This document shows, piece by piece, positions 50,696 to 61,605 of a stretch of DNA of 64,000 bases. The position numbers and the translations under genes are program-made. The stretch's first letter is position 1, and every line of letters starts with the position of its first letter. Origin of the DNA: an uncultured bacterium (GTDB lineage Bacteria > Acidobacteriota > HRBIN11 > JAKEFK01); contig CAVZQN010000004.1 in assembly GCA_963777505.1 (NCBI GenBank), forward strand, positions 1 through 64,000, given 5' to 3'. The notes under the pieces were generated by a model. It saw only the letters and a list, made by a program, of their open reading frames with translations. It had not been told where the DNA came from and searched no databases.

Positions 50696-52177
50696 ATGGA
50701 TATATCTGAAGATAAGTTTCATGATGAGTGTGCTGTGTTCGGGATTTTTGATCATCCTGAAGCAGCAAAAATGACTTACCTCGGCCTGTATTCGATGCAG
50801 CATCGCGGCCAGGAAAGTGCGGGAATTGCTATATCTGATGGCGAAAAAATAATCTGCGAACGCGGTATGGGTCAGGTCGCGGATATCTTTCGCAAGGAAC
50901 GTCTTGATTCTTTGCGCGGTCATCGGGCAATCGGACATGTTCGTTACTCCACTGCAGGTGGCAGCGACTTAAAAAATGCTCAGCCGATTTTCGTGGATTG
51001 TCACAGAGGTGAAATCTGCGTTGCTCATAATGGAAACCTCGTAAATGCGCAAATTATCCGGGATGAGTTGGAAAAAGAAGGAACAATCTTTACAACTACA
51101 TCTGATACGGAAGTCATTCTTCACTTAATCTCAAAATCACGCCAGCCAAAATTTATTGATGCACTTATTGATGCAATGGGTGCTTTGAAAGGTGCATATT
51201 CACTTGTTTTTCTAACGAATGATTGTGTAATTGGAGCGCGTGATCCATGGGGTTTCAGGCCCTTGTGTATCGGAAAACTTGGCGGCTCCTACATTCTTGC
51301 ATCCGAAACATGCGCACTCGATTTGATTGATGCGGATTATGTACGTGATGTGCGGCCAGGTGAAATTGTAATCCTGAGTGAAAAAGGGATTGAAAGCCGG
51401 TCACCATTTCCGAAACAACGTCAGTTCAGCTGCATTTTTGAGCTAGTTTATTTTGCACGACCTGATAGTAACGTTTTTGAGCGCAATGTTTATACCTCCA
51501 GATTTGAAATGGGACGCCAGCTTGCGCGCGAAGCTCCAGTTGAAGCGGATGTTGTGGTGCCAGTTCCCGATTCTGGTCTTGTTGCGGCGCTTGGCTATTC
51601 GGCTGAATCTGGAATTCCGATCGGGTTTGGTTTAATTCGTAATCACTATGTTGGACGGACTTTTATTGAACCGAAAAAGAGCATTCGCCATTTTGGTGTG
51701 AAGGTAAAATTGAACCCCGTTCGAAGTGTTTTAGAAAATAAGCGCGTAGTATTGATTGATGATTCGATCGTTCGCGGAAATACCAGCCAGAAGATTGTAA
51801 AAATGGTTCGCACCGCAGGCGCCAATGAGGTGCACTTTAGAATTAGTTGTCCGCCAACAATCGGCCCCTGTTATTACGGAATCGATACGCCAACTCGGGA
51901 AGAACTTATCGCAGCGCAAAAAACTGTCCCGGAAATCGGTGAATTTATCGGTGTAGAGTCGTTACAATATCTTAGCCTTGCAGGACTTTTACAAGCGACT
52001 GAAGATGCTGAAAATAAAATGTTCTGTACTGCCTGTTACACTGGAAAATATCCAGTCCCTGTTCCGAAAGAGGAGTATGAACAGTTGAGATTATTCCATC
52101 GTACTCACGAACATCAGGAACAGACTGAAGATCAACCTCAGCCCCAGCCTCAAGAAGCAGCTGTAATTCGCAGCTAG
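50696..52177 (+). CDS. purF: Amidophosphoribosyltransferase
   Basis: EC.VFG, QHRGQE, VLIDDSIVRG. Confidence 0.97.
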   Translation: MDISEDKFHDECAVFGIFDHPEAAKMTYLGLYSMQHRGQESAGIAISDGEKIICERGMGQVADIFRKERLDSLRGHRAIGHVRYSTAGGSDLKNAQPIFVDCHRGEICVAHNGNLVNAQIIRDELEKEGTIFTTTSDTEVILHLISKSRQPKFIDALIDAMGALKGAYSLVFLTNDCVIGARDPWGFRPLCIGKLGGSYILASETCALDLIDADYVRDVRPGEIVILSEKGIESRSPFPKQRQFSCIFELVYFARPDSNVFERNVYTSRFEMGRQLAREAPVEADVVVPVPDSGLVAALGYSAESGIPIGFGLIRNHYVGRTFIEPKKSIRHFGVKVKLNPVRSVLENKRVVLIDDSIVRGNTSQKIVKMVRTAGANEVHFRISCPPTIGPCYYGIDTPTREELIAAQKTVPEIGEFIGVESLQYLSLAGLLQATEDAENKMFCTACYTGKYPVPVPKEEYEQLRLFHRTHEHQEQTEDQPQPQPQEAAVIRS

Positions 52178-52208
52178 CTCTCTGCGTTTTTGCGGTTACA
52201 ATCAAGAA

Positions 52209-52844
52209 ATGAAAGGTAAGATCGCAGTCTTAATTTCAGGACGCGGCAGCAACATGAAAAGTATTGTGGTTGCTTCTAAACGCGGATTAATCCGTGCCGA
52301 TGTGACTATTGTTCTAAGCAACCGGATTAATGCTGAAGGTCTTGAATTTGCGCGGAGGGAAAATATTGAAACTGTGATTCTTCCGCACAAGGATTATCCA
52401 GATCGGGAAGATTATGACCGTAAAGTGGTGGAGATTTTGAAGGAACGTCAAATCGATCTGGTGTGTCTGGCTGGCTTTATGAGATTGTTATCGCCAATCT
52501 TTGTGCAAGCGTTCCCGAACCGGATCATGAATATTCATCCGGCTTTATTGCCATCATTTCCTGGATTGCACGCCCAAAAACAGGCGGTTGAGTATGGAGT
52601 AAAGCTCACCGGTTGCACAGTTCATTTTGTGGATGAAGGATTGGATTCAGGTCCGATCGTTCTTCAGAAGACCGTGGAAGTCAACCCAGATGACACCGAG
52701 GAAACTCTATCAGACAGGCTGCTTCCGATGGAGCATGCAGCGTATGTTGAAGCCGTCCGTCTCTTTTTTGAAAATCGCCTGCACGTTCAAGGACGCAGAG
52801 TCCTGATCGATGAGGCTGCGTCTCAGGTGAAAAATGAAACCTGA
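52209..52844 (+). CDS. purN: Phosphoribosylglycinamide formyltransferase
   Basis: [21 protein letters not shown]. Confidence 0.97.
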   Translation: MKGKIAVLISGRGSNMKSIVVASKRGLIRADVTIVLSNRINAEGLEFARRENIETVILPHKDYPDREDYDRKVVEILKERQIDLVCLAGFMRLLSPIFVQAFPNRIMNIHPALLPSFPGLHAQKQAVEYGVKLTGCTVHFVDEGLDSGPIVLQKTVEVNPDDTEETLSDRLLPMEHAAYVEAVRLFFENRLHVQGRRVLIDEAASQVKNET

Positions 52845-54031
52845 GCAACAGCTTGAATACTTAAAAAAAGGGTGCGAGGAGATCATCAAAGAAGATGATC
52901 TTCTTGAAAAGTTAAAAAAGGGAAAACCGCTTCTAGTCAAAGCAGGGTTTGATCCTACAGCACCCGATTTACATCTTGGGCATGCAGTGTTGCTGCGCAA
53001 AATGAAACACTTTCAAGATCTTGGACATCAAGTTGTCTTTTTGATTGGCGATTTTACGGGAATGATCGGTGATCCAACAGGACGCTCAGTTACACGTAAA
53101 TCTTTATCCCGCGCAGAAATCAACGAAAATGCCGAAACCTTCAAAGCTCAGGTCTTCAAGATTCTCGATCCCGAAAAAACCATTGTTGATTTTAACGGAC
53201 GTTGGCTGAGTGCCATGAATTTTTCGGATGTAATTCGTCTTTCTGCCAAATATACAGTTGCACAAATACTCGAACGCGACGATTTTGCAAAACGGATGAA
53301 AGCCGGTGTTCCAATCAGCATTCATGAAATGTTATATCCGCTCGCTCAAGGATATGATTCAGTTGCCTTGCGCGCGGATGTTGAACTTGGCGGGACTGAT
53401 CAAAAGTTCAATTTGCTTGTCGGACGTGAACTGCAAAGACAATACAAGCAGGAACCACAGGTCATTATGACGACACCACTGCTTGAAGGTCTGGACGGCG
53501 TAGAGAAAATGAGCAAGTCTTTGAACAATTATGTCGGAATTACTGAACCTCCTTCAACTATGTTTGGAAAAATGATGTCAATCAGCGATGAGCTGATGTA
53601 TCGCTACTATTTATTGCTTACTGATTTGAATGTAGAGCAGATCGAAAAGCTGAAGAAAAAACATCCGAGGCAGGTGAAGGAAGATCTTGCAAAAATTATC
53701 GTCAGTGATTTTCATGGACATGAAAGCGCGGAACAAGCGGCCCAAGAATTTCGCAAAGTCTTCACCGAGAAGAAGCTTCCTGAAGAAATGGATAGTTATT
53801 CGGTTGCCATCAGGAAATCATTCTCCGCTAGATTTGATCCGTGACAGCGGTCTTGCCAAAAGCAACTCCGATGCCCGGCGTTTAATACGGCAAGGAGCTG
53901 TTTCTCTTCTAGAAGAGAATGGTAATAGCCGGAAAGTTGAAGATGAAAAAGAAGTTTTAGCCTTGAACTCTGGGGAAGCATTTGTTCTAAAAGTCGGCCC
54001 TCGCCGGTTTAAGCGAATACAAGTTACTTGA
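52834..54031 (+). CDS. tyrS: Tyrosyl-tRNA synthetase (frameshift near 53803, before the S4 domain)
   Basis: [26 protein letters not shown]; S4 domain [14 protein letters not shown] in the next frame. Confidence 0.95.
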
Positions 54032-54095
54032 ACCTTGACGTCTTGTTGATTAAATTGATTGTGTTCGCTTCAATCAAAAAAACAGGAAGAGTGGC

Positions 54096-54476
54096 ATGAG
54101 CAAATTAATTGATTTTGTTCGAAGTCTTGCTGAAGACGAAAGAATTCCTCTGCGAAATCGTGTTGTACTGGGAGGCTTACTCACTTATCTCCTTACACCG
54201 ATCGACATCATTCCGGATTTTATTCCTATTCTGGGCTGGCTTGATGATGCATTCATAACGCTGGTAATACTGGACTACATTTTCAATTCGGCCGATACAG
54301 ACATAATTTTGGAACATTATCCCTGGAACAAAGACCGTTTTCGAAAAATGCAAACATATGTGGATCGTTTATCCTGGCTCATTCCTCCTACGGTTAAAAA
54401 AATCCTTTTCACTCAGGCCGGCAAGTATGCACTAGAAAAAAGATCGCATGACGCCAGTCTTCAAGAACATCAATAA
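54096..54476 (+). CDS. YkvA/DUF1232 family membrane protein
   Basis: YLLTPIDIIPDFIPILGWLDD. Confidence 0.88.
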   Translation: MSKLIDFVRSLAEDERIPLRNRVVLGGLLTYLLTPIDIIPDFIPILGWLDDAFITLVILDYIFNSADTDIILEHYPWNKDRFRKMQTYVDRLSWLIPPTVKKILFTQAGKYALEKRSHDASLQEHQ

Positions 54477-54486
54477 AGCGATTATG

Positions 54487-54512
54487 GTAGGGGCCGGTCC
54501 TGGACCCGCACG
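54487..54512 (+). repeat. Degenerate single GTAG REP
   Basis: GTAGGGGCCGGTCCTGGACCCGCACG. Confidence 0.6.
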
Positions 54513-54533
54513 AATTTTAAGCGAGCGGTACTG

Positions 54534-55652
54534 ATGAAGGTGCTGCTCATTCACGCGACAATTGGTTGGGGCCACAAACGTGCGGCATTAGCGCTAGCTG
54601 AAGCATTTAAACAACGCGGAATCGACGCAGATGTTCGTGATCTTCTTGATTTTTTGCCTTGGCCGCTCTCGCGCATGTATCCCGGCGCATATTCACTTCT
54701 GGTCAGCAGATGCCGTCCGCTCTGGCGGCTGTTTTATAAAATGAATGATTGGCCGAAATCGCCATACGCACCTGCAACGGATTGGACACAGCGATGGCAG
54801 TTCAGCAAGTTACTTACCTTTCTGGAAACGACCCATTATGATTGCATTGTTTCAACACACTTCACACCTTCAGCTCTACTACTGGATTGGCGAAAGAAAT
54901 TCGGATGGGATCAAAAACTCTATTCTGTGGTGACTGACTTCATTTCGCATCGCTGTTGGAAGCGCAATGGGCTTGATCATTATTTTGTTCCGGCCGATGA
55001 TATTCGAAATCAACTGGTTGATGCAGGTTTCATCCGTGAAAAGATTACGGTGAGTGGAATTCCGATCTCCAGCGCCTTTTCACAATCATTGGATCGCGAA
55101 ACGTGCCGCAGAGAATGGAATATCGGTGCTGATGAAAAGTTGATTCTTATACTCAGTTCAGGTTTAAGTCCAAAAAAGACTCGCGCAATGATACAGGATT
55201 TAAAAGAAGTACCAGGAAAAATCCATTTTCTCGTTAGCGCAGGCAAGGATGCACCTCGAGAACAGCAAGTCAAGGATTACTGCAAGGGAGATAATCGATT
55301 TTCGGTTTTTGGTTTTTCACCAAGAATCGCTGAGATGATGCGCGCTGCGGATATATTGATTTCAAAACCGGGCGGACTCACAGTCTCGGAAGCTCTTTCA
55401 TTCGGCTTGCCCCAAATTTTGTTTTCTCCAATTCCAGGTCAGGAAGAAGCGAATGCACAATATGTAGTTCAAAATGGTGCAGGTTTATGTATTGAAGCAA
55501 AACGAGGTGAGTTCAAAGATGCGCTTTTGAGCTTGCTTGAAAATCCACAAGCACTCAATAAAACAAAAGCTGCGGCGCTGAGCCTGGCCAAACCAGAAGC
55601 TGCAACAGTTATCGTCGATTTCATTCTCGCAGAATCCCGATTGCAAATTTAA
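54534..55652 (+). CDS. MGDG synthase/UgtP-like diacylglycerol glycosyltransferase (GT28)
   Basis: G.GH..AA, STHF, VVTDF, GIPI, KPGGLT.SE, PIPGQEE.NA. Confidence 0.85.
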   Translation: MKVLLIHATIGWGHKRAALALAEAFKQRGIDADVRDLLDFLPWPLSRMYPGAYSLLVSRCRPLWRLFYKMNDWPKSPYAPATDWTQRWQFSKLLTFLETTHYDCIVSTHFTPSALLLDWRKKFGWDQKLYSVVTDFISHRCWKRNGLDHYFVPADDIRNQLVDAGFIREKITVSGIPISSAFSQSLDRETCRREWNIGADEKLILILSSGLSPKKTRAMIQDLKEVPGKIHFLVSAGKDAPREQQVKDYCKGDNRFSVFGFSPRIAEMMRAADILISKPGGLTVSEALSFGLPQILFSPIPGQEEANAQYVVQNGAGLCIEAKRGEFKDALLSLLENPQALNKTKAAALSLAKPEAATVIVDFILAESRLQI

Positions 55653-55741
55653 TATTAAGTTATTGTAAAAGATTCAATTATTCAGTAGACTATTTCAGTC
55701 CCAAACTTACTTCTCCAAACACTTGCTAGGTCATTATATAT

Positions 55742-56614
55742 ATGTTGGGCGTGATCGCTATTCCTGTCGTTGAAGCAAATCTATTACGCACACGACTACG
55801 CAATCTACTCAGTCTTCGTGAAGAGTTTCTAATCAATCCACAGCAGGAAACAATTCATGATCTTCGTGTCGCGTCTCGTCGAACACGAGAGTTGTTGGAT
55901 TACCTGCAGCCAGTTCTTCCTGAGAAAATCCAGGCAAGATTAATGGCCCTTTCGCGACGGATTACAAAGGGTCTCGGGGCAGCGAGAGAAGCAGAAGTTA
56001 ACCTTGCTATCCTGACTGAGTTGAGCGATCAACGAAAAATTGATCCTGTTGCAGCTGAACTTCTTCTCCACAACCAAAAATTGCGATTTGAGAAAGGACA
56101 TCAAAAGGCAAGAAAAAGAATTTCTCATCAGAAGTATCGTTATTTTGATAAGTTTTTGCTGACTTTGAAGGGAACGCACGCAATTCCTGTAACGGAATCA
56201 GCGGTTCTTCATAAAAGGCATCTGGATTTCGTTTCATTTACATGGGACAGCCTTCCGAATGATGATCGATTACACGATCTCCGCATCCGCACAAAGAAGT
56301 TTCGTTACGCAGTAGAGATTCATAACCGCATTCATAAAAGAAGACTCGGTCATTTTGTTCGTAAAATCCGGAATCTTCAGGAAGTGTTGGGAAGGATCCA
56401 TGATTTATATGTTCTAGAACTGGCGACGACTAACATGATTGAAGAATGGGACGACTCATCTTTGAAAATTGTACCTTCAACTCTCCGGTTTAATCACGAC
56501 ATTATTCTTAGTGAGAAACAATCGTTATATCAGCTTGTATATCCCCGATATTCCAAAATCCTGGAAAGCTCCCAGAGCATGTTCCTTCATCCGTCTCACG
56601 CCGCTGCGGTTTAA
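55742..56614 (+). CDS. CHAD domain (polyphosphate-binding) protein
   Basis: IHDLRVASRR, LHDLRIRTKKFRY..E, LQEVLG.IHD. Confidence 0.88.
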   Translation: MLGVIAIPVVEANLLRTRLRNLLSLREEFLINPQQETIHDLRVASRRTRELLDYLQPVLPEKIQARLMALSRRITKGLGAAREAEVNLAILTELSDQRKIDPVAAELLLHNQKLRFEKGHQKARKRISHQKYRYFDKFLLTLKGTHAIPVTESAVLHKRHLDFVSFTWDSLPNDDRLHDLRIRTKKFRYAVEIHNRIHKRRLGHFVRKIRNLQEVLGRIHDLYVLELATTNMIEEWDDSSLKIVPSTLRFNHDIILSEKQSLYQLVYPRYSKILESSQSMFLHPSHAAAV

Positions 56615-56637
56615 CAAACCCTTAACAGATATTCAAT
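56611..56637 (+). promoter_or_regulatory. Pho-box-like direct repeats
   Basis: TTAACA at 56611 and 56622 (11-bp period) upstream of the PAP2 gene. Confidence 0.5.
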
Positions 56638-56678
56638 TTCCTTGTGATGAATTACACGTATCGTAGTAGTAGGAAGAT

Positions 56679-57200
56679 ATGACAAAGATAGTATCTACGC
56701 TACGTAACTGGGATGATCGTCTGGTGCTGGATGTTGCACATCGCAGAAACGAGGCCATGAACTCGTTGATGAGTTTTGCAACAAAATTAGGCGATGGTTG
56801 GGCATGGCTCTTTTTGAGTTTGCTTATAGCCGTGTTTGATCCATTGAATCTGAAGCATTCATTGCTTCCGATGAGCATCGGTCTACTGATAGAATTCCCT
56901 TTGCAATTAGTTCTAAAAAATTCGTTTTCACGACCTCGCCCTTTTGAGATTTGTGACGGCGTCGGTTGTCTTGTCAGACCAGGTGATCGCTATTCGTTTC
57001 CTTCAGGACATATGTCTTGCGCCGTAGTTGTTATGACAGTGATCGGAAGTGTATACAGCTGGCTGTTTATTCCACTCTTTTTGCTTGCATTAATGATAGG
57101 CATTTCGCGCGTTTATCTTGGTGTTCACTATCCGACTGATGTTCTGGCTGGTGCCGTACTGGGTTTTCTGAGCGGGAGTCTTGCTCTGTGGCTCATATAA
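56679..57200 (+). CDS. PAP2-family phosphatase
   Basis: K....RPRP, SFPSGH, SRVYLGVHYPTDV. Confidence 0.92.
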   Translation: MTKIVSTLRNWDDRLVLDVAHRRNEAMNSLMSFATKLGDGWAWLFLSLLIAVFDPLNLKHSLLPMSIGLLIEFPLQLVLKNSFSRPRPFEICDGVGCLVRPGDRYSFPSGHMSCAVVVMTVIGSVYSWLFIPLFLLALMIGISRVYLGVHYPTDVLAGAVLGFLSGSLALWLI

Positions 57201-57235
57201 CCTGAAATTTACAAATTCGTAATAGGCGTTTTACA
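57197..57235 (+). promoter_or_regulatory. Pho-box-like array of four repeats
   Basis: ATAACC (57197), TTTACA (57208), GTAATA (57219), TTTACA (57230): exact 11-bp period. Confidence 0.55.
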
Positions 57236-57281
57236 TTGAGCTCCTAGAATCAAGGGTGATGAAAAGGGATGGAGTTCAGTA

Positions 57282-58085
57282 TTGCTGGAGAGATTGTTCA
57301 ATTTTTCGGAACGCCGCAATGTGCTGAATAAAGTGGTAGCGGTTCAGCCGGCTTCGTCCTTAAGTACCCTCATTGAATATGATGTAATCATCATCAGCGA
57401 CATCCACTTTGGAAGCCCCATGTGTCAGGCAAAGGAATTGGATGCGTTTCTTTCAAACATTCGTGTCAAACATTTAATTCTTGCGGGTGATGTATTTGAT
57501 GATTTGAAATTTAATCGGCTGCAACATTGGCACTGGCAAGCACTGGGTCGTCTTCGAAAAATATCGGACCACTGTCAGGTGATATGGATCCGCGGAAATC
57601 ATGACACAGTGTCGGCTCGAACGATGTCCCACCTTTTGGGAGTTGAAGTACGGAACAATTTTGATTGGACAACGGATGGAAAGAAGTTCTTTGTCATTCA
57701 TGGTGATCGATGGGATACCTTCATTTATAAACACCAGAGGCTGACTTCACTAACGACCTGGATCTACAATGCGCTGATGAAGTTCAATACAGCCGGCGCG
57801 AGAAAATTTTCAAAATGGTTAAAGCGAAAAGCGAAGCTGCTAACACGAAACAGTGAAGCAGTACTCTATGGTGCAATCCACTTTGCGAAAAGGAAAGGTT
57901 ATGACGCAATTTTTTGCGGCCATACCCATATGGCAATGCTAACCAGGGTTGATGAAATCATTTACGGAAACGATGGCACATGGCAATCGGATGATCCGCA
58001 TTTCATAGGCATCAAAGACAACCGTGTCGAACTTTGCGTATACTTAAACAACAGGGTATCAATAGTCGAAACGAAACATTTGTAG
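57282..58085 (+). CDS. LpxH/PlcP-family metallophosphoesterase
   Basis: SDIHFG, GDVFD, GNHD, HGD, CGHTH, NDGTW. Confidence 0.85.
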   Translation: MLERLFNFSERRNVLNKVVAVQPASSLSTLIEYDVIIISDIHFGSPMCQAKELDAFLSNIRVKHLILAGDVFDDLKFNRLQHWHWQALGRLRKISDHCQVIWIRGNHDTVSARTMSHLLGVEVRNNFDWTTDGKKFFVIHGDRWDTFIYKHQRLTSLTTWIYNALMKFNTAGARKFSKWLKRKAKLLTRNSEAVLYGAIHFAKRKGYDAIFCGHTHMAMLTRVDEIIYGNDGTWQSDDPHFIGIKDNRVELCVYLNNRVSIVETKHL

Positions 58086-58124
58086 CTACACCTTGTCTGT
58101 TTACTCTCCTAAGACACTTTACAT

Positions 58125-59561
58125 ATGAATATCCCTTCCAATAGCGCAGAGATTAATCTGGATTCTTTGGTTGAAGAAGTGCGTTTGCTTCTTCAACGTC
58201 AAAAAGTTGTCGAAGGTCTTGTTTCACGTCAAGCAGGTCCAAATCAAGAAGTTTTGGAAATGCTAACGTACCGACAACATTTGGCGGAAATGCAAAACAG
58301 GCTGGCTTCAAGACATCCAGCAGACATCGCTTTTGTATTGGAATCACTTTCATTGGAAGAAAGGCAGCGGATCTGGAATCAAATTTGGAAAATATGCGGG
58401 GCCAATGTTTTGCTTGAGCTTAGCGAAAGCATCCGGAAAGGACTTGTTGAATCACTATCAAGGGAAGAACTGATTGCGTTATTAAAACAAGTTGGAGTCG
58501 ATGATTTGTCAGCACTCGCGAATTCCATTCCTAAAGATGTTCTGGAAGAAGTCTATCGCTCTCTTGATTCTCAGGCTCAACAATGGGTTGTTTCATCGAT
58601 CGCATATCCTGATGGCACAGTTGGACAGTTGATGACGCATCACTTTGTTGCGGTAAGAATCGAACGGAAACTGGAAGACGTATTGTTTGAGCTTCGTGGA
58701 AGAGAACTTCCCCTTCAGCTTGATTCAGTATACGTTGTTGATTCACGCCATGCATTGCTTGGAGTCTTACCGCTTTCCCGAATGTTAAGCGCGAGCCCTG
58801 AACGAATGATTCAGGAAGTCATTGATGTGAGCCCTGTTATTCTTTCTCCTTACCAAAAAGCAAATGAGGCCGCGAAAGCGTTTGAAAGATACGATTTGCT
58901 TTCCGCCCCGGTGATTGATGAACGCAAGCGTTTAGTCGGACGCGTAACAGTTGAATCGATTATGGATTTTCTGCGTAAGCAGACGCATGAAGATGCACTG
59001 AAGCTTGCAGGACTTCAAGGTGAAGAAGATATTTTTGCTTCCATTTGGGCGAGCGCACGAAACCGCTGGTTCTGGCTTGCGCTAAATCTTGTGACTGCTT
59101 TTATTGCCTCCCGGGTTATTGGAATGTTTGAGGAAGCGATCGGAAAGCTGGTAGCCCTGGCAGCCTTAATGCCCATTGTGGCAAGCATTGGAGGAAACAC
59201 TGGAAATCAAACAGTTGCGTTAATTATCCGGGGGCTTGCACTCGATCGGGTAAGCCGTAGCAACATTGTTTACCTTTTGTTAAAAGAAATTCGTATTAGC
59301 GCATTAAATGGTTTTGTCTGGGGTGGATTGATGGGTTTGCTAACAATGGCGCTTTACCAGAATGTTTCGCTTGGACTTGTTATGGCAGCCGCAATGATTT
59401 TGAACCTTTTGGTAGCTGCCCTTGTCGGAGTCGGAGTTCCCCTACTCCTTGACCGTTTTGGTTATGATCCAGCCCAGGGTTCAAGTGTCCTTCTGACTTT
59501 CACTACAGACAGCATGGGATTTTTTATTTTCCTGGGTTTGGCATCTGTTTTTCTTTTGTAG
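58125..59561 (+). CDS. mgtE: Magnesium transporter MgtE
   Basis: HPADIA, CBS pair, GGNTGNQT, DPA.GS, TTD. Confidence 0.93.
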   Translation: MNIPSNSAEINLDSLVEEVRLLLQRQKVVEGLVSRQAGPNQEVLEMLTYRQHLAEMQNRLASRHPADIAFVLESLSLEERQRIWNQIWKICGANVLLELSESIRKGLVESLSREELIALLKQVGVDDLSALANSIPKDVLEEVYRSLDSQAQQWVVSSIAYPDGTVGQLMTHHFVAVRIERKLEDVLFELRGRELPLQLDSVYVVDSRHALLGVLPLSRMLSASPERMIQEVIDVSPVILSPYQKANEAAKAFERYDLLSAPVIDERKRLVGRVTVESIMDFLRKQTHEDALKLAGLQGEEDIFASIWASARNRWFWLALNLVTAFIASRVIGMFEEAIGKLVALAALMPIVASIGGNTGNQTVALIIRGLALDRVSRSNIVYLLLKEIRISALNGFVWGGLMGLLTMALYQNVSLGLVMAAAMILNLLVAALVGVGVPLLLDRFGYDPAQGSSVLLTFTTDSMGFFIFLGLASVFLL

Positions 59562-59598
59562 TAGCGATCTAGAAAGAGATTCAGTATTCTTAATATGA

Positions 59599-61599
59599 AT
59601 GCGTTTGATGTTTGTTCTATCCTTACTTCTATTCGCAATTCATAGTTCTGCCTCTGACATTGTATCCACCACACCCTATGTTGATCAGAATATAGATCCT
59701 TGCAGAAATTTTTATCTGTTTGCTTGCGGCAGCTGGCTTAAAAGCAATCCAATTCCTTCAAGCCGATCCAGCCATGACCGCTTTGATGAAGTTCGTCAAA
59801 GTAATCAACAAATTCTAAAAATGATTCTTGAAAAGGCGTCAGAAAATTCTGATAGAAACCTTCTGGATCAGAAACTCGGTGATTATTTTGCTTCCTGCAC
59901 GGATGAAAAGCAGATTCAGCAAATAGGTATCGAAGCAATACGAGGTGAGCTCAATAAGATTTCAAGCATGGATTCTGTGGATGCATTGGAGGAACTCACT
60001 GGATTGTTTCACAGAATGAACATTCGAGTCCTTTTTCAGCTTCGTCCTACGTCTGAAGCCGGAGACGGTTCGTTGATGGTGGCGGAACTCAGGCAGGGCG
60101 GTTTAGGACTTCCTGACCGCGACTATTACACTGGCGATGACCTCAAATCAATCTCATTACGCGAATCGTACTTAAATCACATCAGAAAGATGTTTGAACT
60201 TTCAGGTGAGAGTTCCGAAAATGCTACAAAAGGAGCACAAGCTGTTTTAGACATTGAGATTTCATTAGCGAACAAATCACTGACAAGTCAGAAACTGCAA
60301 AACCCTGAACGCGTTGTGCATAAATTGACGCTTGAAAAAATACAAGATTTCACACCTTCGTTTTCATGGGATCAATATCTAAATACTGTGCAAGCTCCTG
60401 TATTCGATTCAGTGATTGTGACTCCACCAGAAGTTTTTGTGGAGATCGAAAGCCTGATACGGACCAGAACAGTTGAAGATTGGAAATATTATTTTCGATG
60501 GCATCTTCTTCGTGTCTTCTCTCCTTATTTATCCTCGGAATTTCAGGAGGAACGCGCCCAGTTTTATGAGTTCCGCTTAAATGGTTCGATCGAAATTAAG
60601 CCGAGATGGCTTCAGTGCTTGGATTTTACAGAATCAGCTTTAGGCGATGCGCTGAGCAAAAAGTTTATTGATGAAACTCTGACTGAAAATGGTAGAAACC
60701 GTTTAACTGTGATGATTCAGGCGTTAAAAGGATCAATCGGTAAAAAGATTGCGGAGCTTTCCTGGTTTTCGGAAGAATCTCGAAAAGAAGCTCTTATAAA
60801 ACTCAATGCAATTGAAGGCAGAATCGATAATCCCGAAGCGAGATTGAGTTATGAGAACGTGAGTATTGTTCGTAACAACTGGATTGCGAATGTAATTAGT
60901 GCGCAGCAGTCTTTGTTTCAACAGCAGTTAAGAAGAATTGGAAAACCTGTGAATCGCAGAGAGTGGAGGATTAGCCCATCTTCCACAAATGCTTTTTACA
61001 ATCCGGCACTGAATGAAATTGTTTTTACAGCGGGAATATTACAGCCGCCATTTTTTGATGAAAAAGCAGATGAAGCAGCAAACTTTGGGGCTATCGGTGC
61101 AATCATTGCCCATGAATTAACTCACGCTTTTGATGAAAATGGACGCAACTTTGATTCAAAAGGAAATCCACGTGATTGGTGGACTGAATCAGATCGAAAA
61201 GAATTTGCAACTCGAGCTGCATGTTTTATTGAACAGTACGGTAAATACAGAGCCGGCGGTCTTTACAATATGAATGGGCATCTCACTCTGAGTGAAAATA
61301 TCGCTGATCATGGCGGGCTTCGGTTCGCTTACGAAGCCTATCGTGACCTTAGAAATATATCAGATCCAACCGATTCACTTGTCAATTTTGCAGAACAGAG
61401 TTTCTTTTTATCATGGGCTCAGATGTGGTGTGAAAATCAAACCGACGAATGGACTCGAATGAGAGTTATGGATGATATTCATTCCCTCGGTTGGTATCGC
61501 ACGAATGGAGTCGTAGGTGCTCTCCCAGAGTTTGGAACAGCTTTCGGCTGCGCCGAAGATGCTTCAATGGTTCAAAAAGATCCCTGCCGCGTTTGGTGA
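59599..61599 (+). CDS. M13 family metallopeptidase, secreted
   Basis: DPC.NFY..ACG.W, NAFY, HELTH, ENIAD, C-terminal CRVW. Confidence 0.93.
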   Translation: MRLMFVLSLLLFAIHSSASDIVSTTPYVDQNIDPCRNFYLFACGSWLKSNPIPSSRSSHDRFDEVRQSNQQILKMILEKASENSDRNLLDQKLGDYFASCTDEKQIQQIGIEAIRGELNKISSMDSVDALEELTGLFHRMNIRVLFQLRPTSEAGDGSLMVAELRQGGLGLPDRDYYTGDDLKSISLRESYLNHIRKMFELSGESSENATKGAQAVLDIEISLANKSLTSQKLQNPERVVHKLTLEKIQDFTPSFSWDQYLNTVQAPVFDSVIVTPPEVFVEIESLIRTRTVEDWKYYFRWHLLRVFSPYLSSEFQEERAQFYEFRLNGSIEIKPRWLQCLDFTESALGDALSKKFIDETLTENGRNRLTVMIQALKGSIGKKIAELSWFSEESRKEALIKLNAIEGRIDNPEARLSYENVSIVRNNWIANVISAQQSLFQQQLRRIGKPVNRREWRISPSSTNAFYNPALNEIVFTAGILQPPFFDEKADEAANFGAIGAIIAHELTHAFDENGRNFDSKGNPRDWWTESDRKEFATRAACFIEQYGKYRAGGLYNMNGHLTLSENIADHGGLRFAYEAYRDLRNISDPTDSLVNFAEQSFFLSWAQMWCENQTDEWTRMRVMDDIHSLGWYRTNGVVGALPEFGTAFGCAEDASMVQKDPCRVW

Positions 61600-61605
61600 T
61601 CCGCC

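Noticed and set aside
52105-52160. Q/P/E-rich repeat at the PurF C-terminus
   Set aside because: Ordinary low-complexity tail
53790-53850. Programmed frameshift in tyrS
   Set aside because: No slippery sequence; fits the window-wide indel error pattern
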